From contig NZ_CP065936.1 of NCBI RefSeq assembly GCF_003367075.2, positions 690,001 through 722,000 on the forward strand: a stretch of DNA of 32,000 bases. The letters are read 5' to 3'. Made by a program: the position numbers and the translations under genes. A model generated the notes under the pieces. The model worked only from the letters and a program-made list of their open reading frames with translations, had not been told where the DNA came from and did not search any database. This DNA is from Cylindrospermopsis raciborskii Cr2010 (GTDB taxonomy: Bacteria; Cyanobacteriota; Cyanobacteriia; Cyanobacteriales; Nostocaceae). Shown one piece after another: positions 8,573 to 17,366 of this stretch (position 1 is the stretch's first letter; each line of letters opens with the position of its first letter).

Positions 8573-9487
8573 TCATACTAATTTAGCTCCTAAACGTTGA
8601 AATACTTCTTTAACAAGCAACCAGTTTTTTGATTCAAAATTTCGGGTTCTGTATTCTTCGCCAGCAGGTTGAGAAATATCCCATAACCATCGTTCATAGT
8701 TACTGGGGAGATAAATACTCTTCAACTTCAGTCTTCCAGCTGGTTCATCCCAACTTATTTTCAAAGGATACCCCATTTGTTGGTCCTGGTAAAACATGGC
8801 TAAAATAGCTAAATCTGGTTCTAATTCATAAAAAGTTTGGTCTTGAAACCAAATATATTCTCCCGTTGGTAAGCGTAATATATCTTCATTTTTAATACCT
8901 TCATAACTAAGATTCCGCCAGCGGTCTTTTTGTGGTGCATCACAGGGTGCATACAGCTGGATTTGCCAGTTTTTGAGGAAAAACGGATCTTCTGTCCAAG
9001 TGGAACGCAATTCGGATTTCAATGGTTTTCGAGGTTTTTGTAAATAATCTAGGCTATCTGAAATGATTAGCAAAGAAATACCGACTTGAGACAAGCGATA
9101 TTTAATTCTATTAAAATGCTTGTTTTTCGGCCGCAATATCAGAGGCTTTTGAGGATTTTGTTGACTGTCTAGTACTTTGTGCGCCAGAGTCAAATAAGCG
9201 CGATCGCCTCTAAATAACAAAGTTGTTAAATCTTCTCGATTTTTGGCTAAAACAGTGGGTAAAGCCATGCAGTAAAAGTTTCGTTTTCCTGCGACCACTT
9301 CTCCTTCAGATTCCAACTGTTTGAGAGCATTTTGGATTTGAGTTATCAGATTATCTTGAGATTCATTGGGAGAAATACTCGTGCCTAATAATGAAATGAT
9401 TTGATGTTTGGTTAAAGGCAATGGCATCTTCAAATTTTTTGGATTACGATGATTACTTAGCAATCTAGTGATTTTTTCAGTTAACAT
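8573..9487 (-). CDS. Hypothetical protein (304 aa), middle gene of the helicase cluster; possible N-terminal winged-helix
   Basis: The ATG at 9487 lies 4 nt after the stop of the upstream 993-aa ORF, suggesting translational coupling. No catalytic motif was recognised. The N-terminal LTKHQIISLLG...LKQLESEGEVVAGKRNFY is wHTH-like, a weak call. Confidence 0.65.
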   Translation of the reverse strand: MLTEKITRLLSNHRNPKNLKMPLPLTKHQIISLLGTSISPNESQDNLITQIQNALKQLESEGEVVAGKRNFYCMALPTVLAKNREDLTTLLFRGDRAYLTLAHKVLDSQQNPQKPLILRPKNKHFNRIKYRLSQVGISLLIISDSLDYLQKPRKPLKSELRSTWTEDPFFLKNWQIQLYAPCDAPQKDRWRNLSYEGIKNEDILRLPTGEYIWFQDQTFYELEPDLAILAMFYQDQQMGYPLKISWDEPAGRLKLKSIYLPSNYERWLWDISQPAGEEYRTRNFESKNWLLVKEVFQRLGAKLV

Positions 9488-9491
9488 AGTT

Positions 9492-12473
9492 TTAATATTT
9501 GTTCATTTGTTCAGCAGCTTTTTGGGACAAAGGTTTAATATTTTTCACGTATTCCAATGATTGAATACAAGTCTCAATCTGCATCTGTCCTGCGTTCTTG
9601 CATTCCAACAATATGAAATTTTCATACGGTTCTTCTGGAAGTTTAATACTTGATATTTTATCTCTTAATTCGTATTTATCAATTCTTTTTTCTATTAATT
9701 TCTTAACAAACTCACGTTTTTGGCTACTAGTCAATGTTATTAATAACCATTTTCTCGATGTATTAATTGAAGGAGAATTTTGGGCTTGTAATAAATTATT
9801 GTTAACCGCCTTTTGTTGTTGTGTACTCTTAATTTTCATATCGGTTTTTAAGGTGTCAAGAAGAGCTTGTAGCTTTTGAATCAGGGAATGATTATTTAAC
9901 CATTCAGGAAAGTAACTGTTATGAAAATCATTAATTATGTTTTCTAAAAATTGATAGTCATAATCAAATTTTTCCGCAGCTTTTATAAAATCATCATCAG
10001 ATTCATTATCCAGAATGGTATAGCAGTAATTTTCTAAATCGTAATTTTCTAAATCGTCATTTTCCAAAGCTTCATCTGGTAAATCATATTGATTGCTACC
10101 ACACCACCAACCTAGATTATGACGTTTTTTTAGTGAATCAAATAGCTGAATGTGATAAATCCCCGGTGGTAGTTTTAATGGAATAGTAATTGTCTTTTCA
10201 TTTGACGAAATAAGTGGAACTTGAATTTTTAATGGCCGATTTTCAGGCAAAAGTAAATTCCAACATGAAAGAAAATAATTTTCATGAGAAAATAAACCAG
10301 ATACCTTAACTTCCTGATTATCCCCAACCCAGCTAATTGATAAAGGAGTAGTTTGCATTTCAATTAAAGGTTCTATTTTACCACCTAACCGCTGGTAACC
10401 TAAAGCATAAAAATCTGAGTCAGATGATAATGAATCATATAAATGTGCTAAGCTTAACAATAAATTGCCTGACAGATCTGCTTGAAATTGAGAAAATACG
10501 GTTTCTAGTTTGTCTCCTAGGGATAAACTGATGATTTCTAGAGGAAAAAGTCCCTCTATTTTAACTTCCTCTGCCCAGAATTTGGTACTGGAATCTGTTA
10601 TAATAGGTAACTTTTGTAACCTATATTGTGAACTACTGCTGATTAATAGATCAATATTATTTACCTCATCATTGATTTGATATTGTTCTTGAATTTCAAA
10701 CTTGTATGACCAGCGATTTAATCGGTTTAATTGCTCCCATAATCTGACTTCATATTTTCCTGGTTTATTAATCAATTTATTCAGAATAATTGGTTCCCAA
10801 CTATTATTTGGAAGGATATTTTGGCGTTGCATAATAGTTTGCTGTTCAGCGATATTTTCTATAGAAATATTTAAAGATATTTCTCTCTCTACGGGTGGAT
10901 AAAAGATACTAGGAATCTCTATATAAACTGATTTTTTACCTTTTAGTTTTAATCCTATTAATCTCGGTTGCTCTTCAAGGGACTCCACCCAGGTAATTAG
11001 AATGTTGTGAGTATTTTTAGCATGGAAATCAATTGATGATTGCTTAGTTATGAGTTTTAGATGTTGACCTCGCCATTCCGTTATACTAGAGGGCACACAA
11101 GAGTCTAAAATTTCAATACCTTCATCAAGCTCTATGTGCATACATTTAGGAGTAAAGAAAATAATTTCTTGGATTCCTCTGATGGTAAAGTCATCAGATT
11201 CCAGATTTAGGCGATCACCTGTGAATGCGTTAAATACAACGTAAGGTAACTTATTAGCTATACCCTCAAGCTTCCACTCATTCAAACATTTATGGTTATG
11301 GTCTAAGAGTTGCCATATCCAACATTCGGCTACTTTTTTGATATCTACAACCTTTTCGGGAATCATTAGTTTCCCCTTTGAGGGAATACTACCTTCCCAT
11401 GTTGCTTCTGGAATTTGGCAAAAAGTTCCACCTAATTTGTCCCATTCCTTCTTCCAAATATTTTGTTCTGGTAGCACTAACTGTATATTTAATGAGTCAT
11501 TAATATCTAAAACTAGAGATAAAGCTTTTGGACGACAATTAAAAATTCTACGACTACTTCCCTGACGACTGTGACGGGGAGTTAAAACTTGAATTAAACT
11601 ATCCCAATTTCTTAAAAAGAAATTGTTTGGTAAGTAATAATTGCCTAACAATTTTTCACGTTCGTTATCATTTTTGATTTCTTTAGGTAATGTTCCTTGA
11701 CGTTCTAGTTCAACAGCAATAATAGCAATACCTTGAAGTAGTTGCCCAGAGATTGGTTCAGCTTCTTTTTGTTCTTGATCTGAACAACTAACTTTAAGGA
11801 AATTAATCAGAGTACGCCATTCACGATGCTTAAGTTCACAAAAATTCAGCAATTCCTCGGAAATATCTTCATAGCAAGTATGAGCAATTTCCCACCATCC
11901 ATATTCGTTTGAAAATTCCTGAACAAGACAGGAAAAATGGCTGATATTTCGTTGAGGAATACCACTTTGCAACCATAAGGTTGATACATAGCGATATCCT
12001 CCTTTGGCTTGGACAAGACCAAGCAACTCAAACCCTTCACCAACAATTTCACGAAGTGAATTTTCTATTTTATCCGTATGGCGTAGTTTGAGTTTTTCGC
12101 AAAAACCATGCCAAAACCCTCTTTCAATACCAGAATCAGTTTCAAAGCCAGAATAATAGTAGGCATATTCCGATAAAGCAAAAGTCAGAATTTTTAGCCA
12201 GTTCCGCTCCGGTTCAGGAAACCTCTCATGGATTCTTTCGTAGGAAATTGAACCTGAACCTATTCTTCGTAAATTGTAACCTACAACACTTAATACTTTA
12301 TCCGTGTCTTCTTGATTAATCCGAACACTACCTAAAAAACGTTGCCCATCTGGAAGATTCTGATGAGACCAACATGAAGAAATCTGCTGCCAAAGTCGTT
12401 GTGTGTCTTCTGGCACAGAGAAGTTAAATGGTACATGGAAGTTAAAGGTAGTCATTATTGAGTAGATAAACAA
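9492..12473 (-). CDS. Hypothetical large protein (993 aa from TTG 12473; 987 aa from the more likely ATG at 12455), first gene of the helicase cluster
   Basis: Long uninterrupted ORF co-oriented with the helicase. No NTPase, nuclease or methyltransferase motif was recognised by eye. It contains an acidic LENDD-LENYD-LENYC pentapeptide repeat encoded by a 15-bp tandem repeat at 10026-10070. Confidence 0.7.
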   Translation of the reverse strand: MFIYSIMTTFNFHVPFNFSVPEDTQRLWQQISSCWSHQNLPDGQRFLGSVRINQEDTDKVLSVVGYNLRRIGSGSISYERIHERFPEPERNWLKILTFALSEYAYYYSGFETDSGIERGFWHGFCEKLKLRHTDKIENSLREIVGEGFELLGLVQAKGGYRYVSTLWLQSGIPQRNISHFSCLVQEFSNEYGWWEIAHTCYEDISEELLNFCELKHREWRTLINFLKVSCSDQEQKEAEPISGQLLQGIAIIAVELERQGTLPKEIKNDNEREKLLGNYYLPNNFFLRNWDSLIQVLTPRHSRQGSSRRIFNCRPKALSLVLDINDSLNIQLVLPEQNIWKKEWDKLGGTFCQIPEATWEGSIPSKGKLMIPEKVVDIKKVAECWIWQLLDHNHKCLNEWKLEGIANKLPYVVFNAFTGDRLNLESDDFTIRGIQEIIFFTPKCMHIELDEGIEILDSCVPSSITEWRGQHLKLITKQSSIDFHAKNTHNILITWVESLEEQPRLIGLKLKGKKSVYIEIPSIFYPPVEREISLNISIENIAEQQTIMQRQNILPNNSWEPIILNKLINKPGKYEVRLWEQLNRLNRWSYKFEIQEQYQINDEVNNIDLLISSSSQYRLQKLPIITDSSTKFWAEEVKIEGLFPLEIISLSLGDKLETVFSQFQADLSGNLLLSLAHLYDSLSSDSDFYALGYQRLGGKIEPLIEMQTTPLSISWVGDNQEVKVSGLFSHENYFLSCWNLLLPENRPLKIQVPLISSNEKTITIPLKLPPGIYHIQLFDSLKKRHNLGWWCGSNQYDLPDEALENDDLENYDLENYCYTILDNESDDDFIKAAEKFDYDYQFLENIINDFHNSYFPEWLNNHSLIQKLQALLDTLKTDMKIKSTQQQKAVNNNLLQAQNSPSINTSRKWLLITLTSSQKREFVKKLIEKRIDKYELRDKISSIKLPEEPYENFILLECKNAGQMQIETCIQSLEYVKNIKPLSQKAAEQMNKY

Positions 12474-13237
12474 CCTAAATGTTTAAATCAAGTTAATAGC
12501 CATAGATTTTGCTTTTTTGACAAATTGATTATTTGTCCTGACAGTACCTTGTCCAAAAAAGAGTATTAAAAGGGAGATCCGATGTAGTAGAACTACAGTC
12601 TGGCACAACGAAAACTCAAAGACCACGCACAGCCCACTTTTAACATCATAACACTATTACAGTGCCTCCTACCAAAAGTAAAAATTAGGTAAGTTAGGGT
12701 CTGGGTATAGTTGCTGCCGTAGTGCCAGGAATTGGTCGGATTTGTATAGGTAGCAATTGTTTTAGATACATACTTCGTTTAGTTGAATGGTAGGTTATAA
12801 AAATATTAGTATAGTAATAAGAACCTTGTCCTCTATCTATGGAAGTATTTACATCTATCTAAAGATAGAGATTTGTGTGGGAATCTGGCTTTTTTTTACT
12901 GATCACATTTTCTGTTGATTTATTTTGCGTGCGATCGCTCAGAGGTGGAGTTCCATTCATAAAACAAATGTTTCTGGTAAAACCTTTACAAATCTTTTCT
13001 TTTAAAGATGGAACAACTCAGGAGATGATCGCCTCTGTCTCTGTCATAGATGGGTAACCTGAAATGCTAAGTGATGTCAGTGAATCAGTAACAAAGATCC
13101 TCGCCCTTTAAGGGGGAGTGTGTCAACGGATGCATATTATGATTAAATGTTGATGTTAAGTTTCGTATTAAACTCAACCTACTGTGATGAGGTGATTATA
13201 ATTATGAAATTGACTGATTTCATCCAGCTTCAACCTC

Positions 13238-13882
13238 ATGGAAAAACCAAAAGTGATTTTTTTAGATGCGGTAGGTACAATCTTTGGTGTCAAGGGTAGT
13301 GTGGGTGAGGTTTATAGCCAAATTGCTGCAGAATTTGGTGTCACGGTGACCCCGGAAATTTTAAATCGGGAGTTTCACAAAAGTTTTGCAGCTGCACCAG
13401 CTCCCATATTCCTCAATTGTGATGTAGAAGTTATACCTGACAAGGAATTTAACTGGTGGTACGATGTTGTTTTGAACACATTTCAGGGTGCAGGAGTATG
13501 GAGGGAATTTAGGGATTTTTCTGATTTTTTTGGTGAACTCTATGTTCATTTTGGTACTGCTGACCCTTGGTTTGTTTACCCCGATGTTTCCCTGGCTTTG
13601 GTCAATTGGTTGAGATTGGGGGTAGAATTGGGAGTGGTTTCTAATTTTGACTCTCGCATATACTCGGTTCTACAAAGTCTAGGTCTTAGGGACTATTTTA
13701 AGTCTATTACTGTTTCTACCCAGGCTCGCACAGCTAAGCCAGATCCTGAAATTTTTCATCTGGCTTTGAAAAATCATAACTGCTCCCCGGAATCAGCTTG
13801 GCATATTGGTGATAGTATTGTTGATGATTATCATGGTGCAAGAAGGGCTGGATTAAGAGGTATTTGGATTAATAGACACTAG
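13238..13882 (+). CDS. HAD-superfamily hydrolase, subfamily IA (REG-2-like)
   Basis: HAD motifs: I FLDAVGTIF, II VVSNFD, III KPDPEIF, IV HIGDSIVDDYHGARRAG. Confidence 0.85.
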   Translation: MEKPKVIFLDAVGTIFGVKGSVGEVYSQIAAEFGVTVTPEILNREFHKSFAAAPAPIFLNCDVEVIPDKEFNWWYDVVLNTFQGAGVWREFRDFSDFFGELYVHFGTADPWFVYPDVSLALVNWLRLGVELGVVSNFDSRIYSVLQSLGLRDYFKSITVSTQARTAKPDPEIFHLALKNHNCSPESAWHIGDSIVDDYHGARRAGLRGIWINRH

Positions 13883-13912
13883 TATATACGTATTATATAA
13901 ATTTACATACCA

Positions 13913-14992
13913 ATGAGAAACCTACTAGAAAAGTTAAATCAGCTATCAGTTTCGTTATCGGAGGGACAATTGAAATTTATAGCTTTGTTCAAAACGTTTA
14001 CTAAAGACTTCATGGGTAAAAGTGACAGCTGGACAGATGCTATAGCTCAAACCTTCGCAGCTGGACAAGGCTATATATCCCTTGGTTTGCTGGTGCTAGG
14101 GATTGTGGCGATTGGCTTTGCTCCTATTTTTATCACATGGAGTAACAATGAAATTAGTCCTGAAGCAACTACTTTTAATCGCTTGTGGATCTCCAGTGTT
14201 TTTTTTGGCACTTGGAACCTAATTTCTTTGATTCGTCGGGACAAATTAACTTCAGCTCCTTCTCTAATTAATAATTTATATACATTCCCAACTTGGGGCT
14301 TGTTTTTTCTAGTTGGTATTATATTTGCAGCAAGACAGCTATTTTGGGCTAAGTCACTAACCCATACTAGTGTGGCTAGTTCGGTAGCAATTATTTACGC
14401 ACTATTACCACCATTAACTGCTATAGGGGGATGGATTTTCTTTCGTCATCGCGTCAAGCAACAATTTGTGGTTGGCACAATTATTTCTATTACCGGTGCG
14501 ATCGCCATCAGTTTCCAAGATTTTTCCGTCTCTAGTAATGAGTTGCAAGGAGATTTCTTCTCCCTAATATCAGCAATTTTGTTGCCATTTTATTTACTGC
14601 TAATGGAAAAGCTCCTGACCCAGTTTGAAACCAAAACCTTGGTGTTCTGGTATTGCACTATTGGCGCATTAACCACCTTACCCATTTTACTGGTAACAGG
14701 AAACACCCTATTTCCGCTTTCTTGGCAAGGATGGTTTTCTGTAATTTCCTTAGCTTTAATTTGTCAGGTCATAGGACAGGGACTAATTGCCTATTCTCTC
14801 AATTCCTTACCCTCTTCTCTTGTAGCAGTAACAATGCTGCTTGATCCAGTAATTAGCACGGTTTTTGCCTGGCTAGTGTTGGGTGAACAAGTTGGTTTTG
14901 TCAAAGGTATAGCTTGTTTGATTGTTCTTATTGGCATATATTTAGCCATGGTAGGTCAATATGCACCGCTGAATGAGTCACCTTTGACCTAA
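13913..14992 (+). CDS. DMT/EamA-family membrane transporter
   Basis: About 10 predicted hydrophobic helices arranged as two EamA-like halves. The true start may be an internal Met (e.g. at about 14012). Confidence 0.65.
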   Translation: MRNLLEKLNQLSVSLSEGQLKFIALFKTFTKDFMGKSDSWTDAIAQTFAAGQGYISLGLLVLGIVAIGFAPIFITWSNNEISPEATTFNRLWISSVFFGTWNLISLIRRDKLTSAPSLINNLYTFPTWGLFFLVGIIFAARQLFWAKSLTHTSVASSVAIIYALLPPLTAIGGWIFFRHRVKQQFVVGTIISITGAIAISFQDFSVSSNELQGDFFSLISAILLPFYLLLMEKLLTQFETKTLVFWYCTIGALTTLPILLVTGNTLFPLSWQGWFSVISLALICQVIGQGLIAYSLNSLPSSLVAVTMLLDPVISTVFAWLVLGEQVGFVKGIACLIVLIGIYLAMVGQYAPLNESPLT

Positions 14993-15095
14993 ATTTTCCT
15001 ATGATATTGGTGGTAATAGATCAAAGTCTAAAAAGGACTATTGACTCCTGCAATTATCCCATGTCAATCATTATCTACTGTTTGTTGTTGAACCT

Positions 15096-15908
15096 ATGAA
15101 GTCTTATTTAGCCGCCGCCATTCAAATGACCAGTGTGCCTGATTTACAAAAAAACTTGGCACAAGCAGAAGAGTTTATTGATCTGGCCGTACGCCAGGGT
15201 GTAGAATTATTGGGGTTACCAGAAAATTTCTCCTTTATGGGGGAGGAAAAAGATAAACTTGCTCAAGCCAGTATTATTGCCCAAAAAACAGAAACGTTTC
15301 TCAAGCAAATGGCACAACGGTATCAAATTACCATTCTGGGCGGCGGCTTCCCCGTTCCCGTAGATAGTACAAGTAAAGTTTACAACACAGCTTTGCTGGT
15401 TGACCCCAATGGACAGGAAATCAGTCGTTACCATAAGGTACACCTATTTGATGTGAATGTTCCCGATGGCAATACTTATCAAGAATCTAGTACTGTCATG
15501 GCTGGTCGAGAATTACCACCAGTGTATGTTTCCCCAACTTTGGGTAAGATAGGTCTCTCTATTTGTTATGATGTGCGCTTTCCAGAATTATATCGAGATC
15601 TGGCAGCGAGGGAGGCTGATGTAGTTTTTATTCCTGCTGCTTTCACGGCTTTTACGGGAAAAGACCACTGGCAAGTGTTATTACAAGCCAGAGCGATTGA
15701 AAACACTTATTACATAATCGCCCCAGCTCAAACAGGTACTAATTATGCCCGTCGTCAAACCCATGGACATGCAATGATTGTTGACCCATGGGGAACAATT
15801 TTAGCTGATGCAGGAGATAAACCGGGGGTCGCTATTGCTGAAATTAAACCTACTAGACTAGAACAGGTGCGTCGTCAAATGCCATCTTTACAACACCGCG
15901 TTTTTTAA
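15096..15908 (+). CDS. Carbon-nitrogen hydrolase family protein (Nit/omega-amidase-like)
   Basis: An E-K-C catalytic triad context is present: LPENF, YHKVHLFD, GLSICYDVRFPE. The 270-aa length is typical of the family. Confidence 0.85.
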   Translation: MKSYLAAAIQMTSVPDLQKNLAQAEEFIDLAVRQGVELLGLPENFSFMGEEKDKLAQASIIAQKTETFLKQMAQRYQITILGGGFPVPVDSTSKVYNTALLVDPNGQEISRYHKVHLFDVNVPDGNTYQESSTVMAGRELPPVYVSPTLGKIGLSICYDVRFPELYRDLAAREADVVFIPAAFTAFTGKDHWQVLLQARAIENTYYIIAPAQTGTNYARRQTHGHAMIVDPWGTILADAGDKPGVAIAEIKPTRLEQVRRQMPSLQHRVF

Positions 15909-15935
15909 GTAAGACTTTGGAAACCCACCATCAAG

Positions 15936-15959
15936 AAACCGGGATTAATACCCCGGTTT
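15936..15959. terminator. Hairpin between convergent genes (possible bidirectional terminator)
   Basis: A perfect 8-bp stem, AAACCGGG (15936-15943) with CCCGGTTT (15952-15959), encloses an 8-nt loop. It lies between the C-N hydrolase stop (15908) and the fba stop (16008). There is no clear U-tract. Confidence 0.45.
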
Positions 15960-16007
15960 AGTCAGGTTGGGGTCTAGGTGTAACCCAGCCCCAATAAGTT
16001 TGTTGAA

Positions 16008-17081
16008 TTAAACTGCAGCAGCAGCTTTTACAGCCAATTCGCCTTTAGCGTACTTAGCAGCAAAATCTTCTAGGCTAACTTGTTTGATTTTGCTCGCATT
16101 ACCAGCAGTGCCAAACTGTTCATAACGATCAGCACAAACCTTCTGCATGTACTTAATAGAGGGCTTTAAGAAATGACGGGGGTCAAATTCTTTGGGATTT
16201 TTAGCCAGAGCTTCACGAACAGCAGCAGTGATAGCCAGACGGTTGTCGGTATCGATATTAACTTTACGTACGCCGCTCTTGATGCCTTTTTGAATTTCTT
16301 CTACGGGTACACCATAGGTTTCGGGGATAGCACCACCAAATTCGTTAATCAGTGCAATTAAATCTTCGGGTACGGAAGAAGATCCGTGCATTACCAAGTG
16401 GGTGTTAGGTAGGCGACGGTGAATTTCTTCAATGCGACTAATGGCTAAAATTTCACCAGTGGGCTTACGGGTGAATTTGTAAGCACCATGGCTAGTACCA
16501 ATAGCAACAGCTAAAGCATCTACTTGGGTAGCTTCTACGAAGTCCACAGCTTGATCCGGGTCAGTTAATAATTGGGAGTGGTCAAGGGTACCTTCAAAAC
16601 CGTGACCATCTTCTGCTTCACCAGCACCAGTTTCTAAAGATCCTAAACAACCTAGTTCACCTTCAACGCTCACACCTAAAGAGTGGGCAACATTAACAAC
16701 TTCACGGGTAACTGCGACGTTATATTCAAAGCTGGCAGGAGTTTTTGCATCAGCTTCTAAGGAACCATCCATCATTACACTGGTGAAATTGTTCTTAATG
16801 GCAGAATAGCAAGTAGAAGGAGCATTACCGTGATCTTGGTGCATCACAATGGGAATTTGTGGGTATGTTTCTACCGCAGCCAAAATTAAGTGGCGTAAGA
16901 AGTTTTCGCCAGCATAGTTACGAGCACCACGAGAGGCTTGCAAAATCACGGGGCTATCTGTTTCAGCAGCCGCCTTCATGATTGATTGAATCTGTTCTAA
17001 GTTATTAACGTTAAAAGCGGGAATGCCATAACCATTTTCAGCAGCGTGATCTAAAAGCAACCGCATAGGTACAAGCGCCAT
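16008..17081 (-). CDS. fba: Fructose-1,6-bisphosphate aldolase, class II
   Basis: [30 protein letters not shown]..., HQDHG, and HGSSSVP..INIDTD are characteristic of the cyanobacterial class II (CbbA-type) aldolase. Length is 357 aa. Confidence 0.95.
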   Translation of the reverse strand: MALVPMRLLLDHAAENGYGIPAFNVNNLEQIQSIMKAAAETDSPVILQASRGARNYAGENFLRHLILAAVETYPQIPIVMHQDHGNAPSTCYSAIKNNFTSVMMDGSLEADAKTPASFEYNVAVTREVVNVAHSLGVSVEGELGCLGSLETGAGEAEDGHGFEGTLDHSQLLTDPDQAVDFVEATQVDALAVAIGTSHGAYKFTRKPTGEILAISRIEEIHRRLPNTHLVMHGSSSVPEDLIALINEFGGAIPETYGVPVEEIQKGIKSGVRKVNIDTDNRLAITAAVREALAKNPKEFDPRHFLKPSIKYMQKVCADRYEQFGTAGNASKIKQVSLEDFAAKYAKGELAVKAAAAV

Positions 17082-17366
17082 AGATAATCCTCCTAATGTG
17101 TTTTTCAGCTGGGTAGTTTCAGACAGGCGTAAGGTTTACGCTAAATAAGAATTAGTTTTTTCAACTTATTAGGAAATTATATATAGTATGGGGTGTTTAT
17201 GTTGAAAAACTTTGCTCCCCCACTCCCTATCATTTTTCAGTGTATCTTGTGTTTTATATTCACTGTTGTTACCCCTAATACTGTCAATGGCAGTTATTTC
17301 AGTATCTAACAATACAAAAATCTGGTTTTTAGGATGTAAATCGCTCTTTTTGCAGCTGTGCTAAAA

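Noticed and set aside
9598-12052. Small ORFs overlapping the 993-aa gene (9598-9879, 10702-10902, 11338-11565, 11846-12052)
   Set aside because: They are antisense or out of frame within a long ORF in AT-rich DNA, and nothing supports them.
1982-12473. Assigning the cluster to DISARM
   Set aside because: DISARM needs a methyltransferase (DrmMI/MII) plus DrmC (PLD) or DrmD (SNF2). None is present in or next to the cluster, and the helicase and DUF1998 are fused rather than split.
12875-13057. 60-aa ORF in the long intergenic region
   Set aside because: It has no Shine-Dalgarno sequence and no recognisable motif. It spans a HIP1 site and T-runs, so it is probably non-coding.
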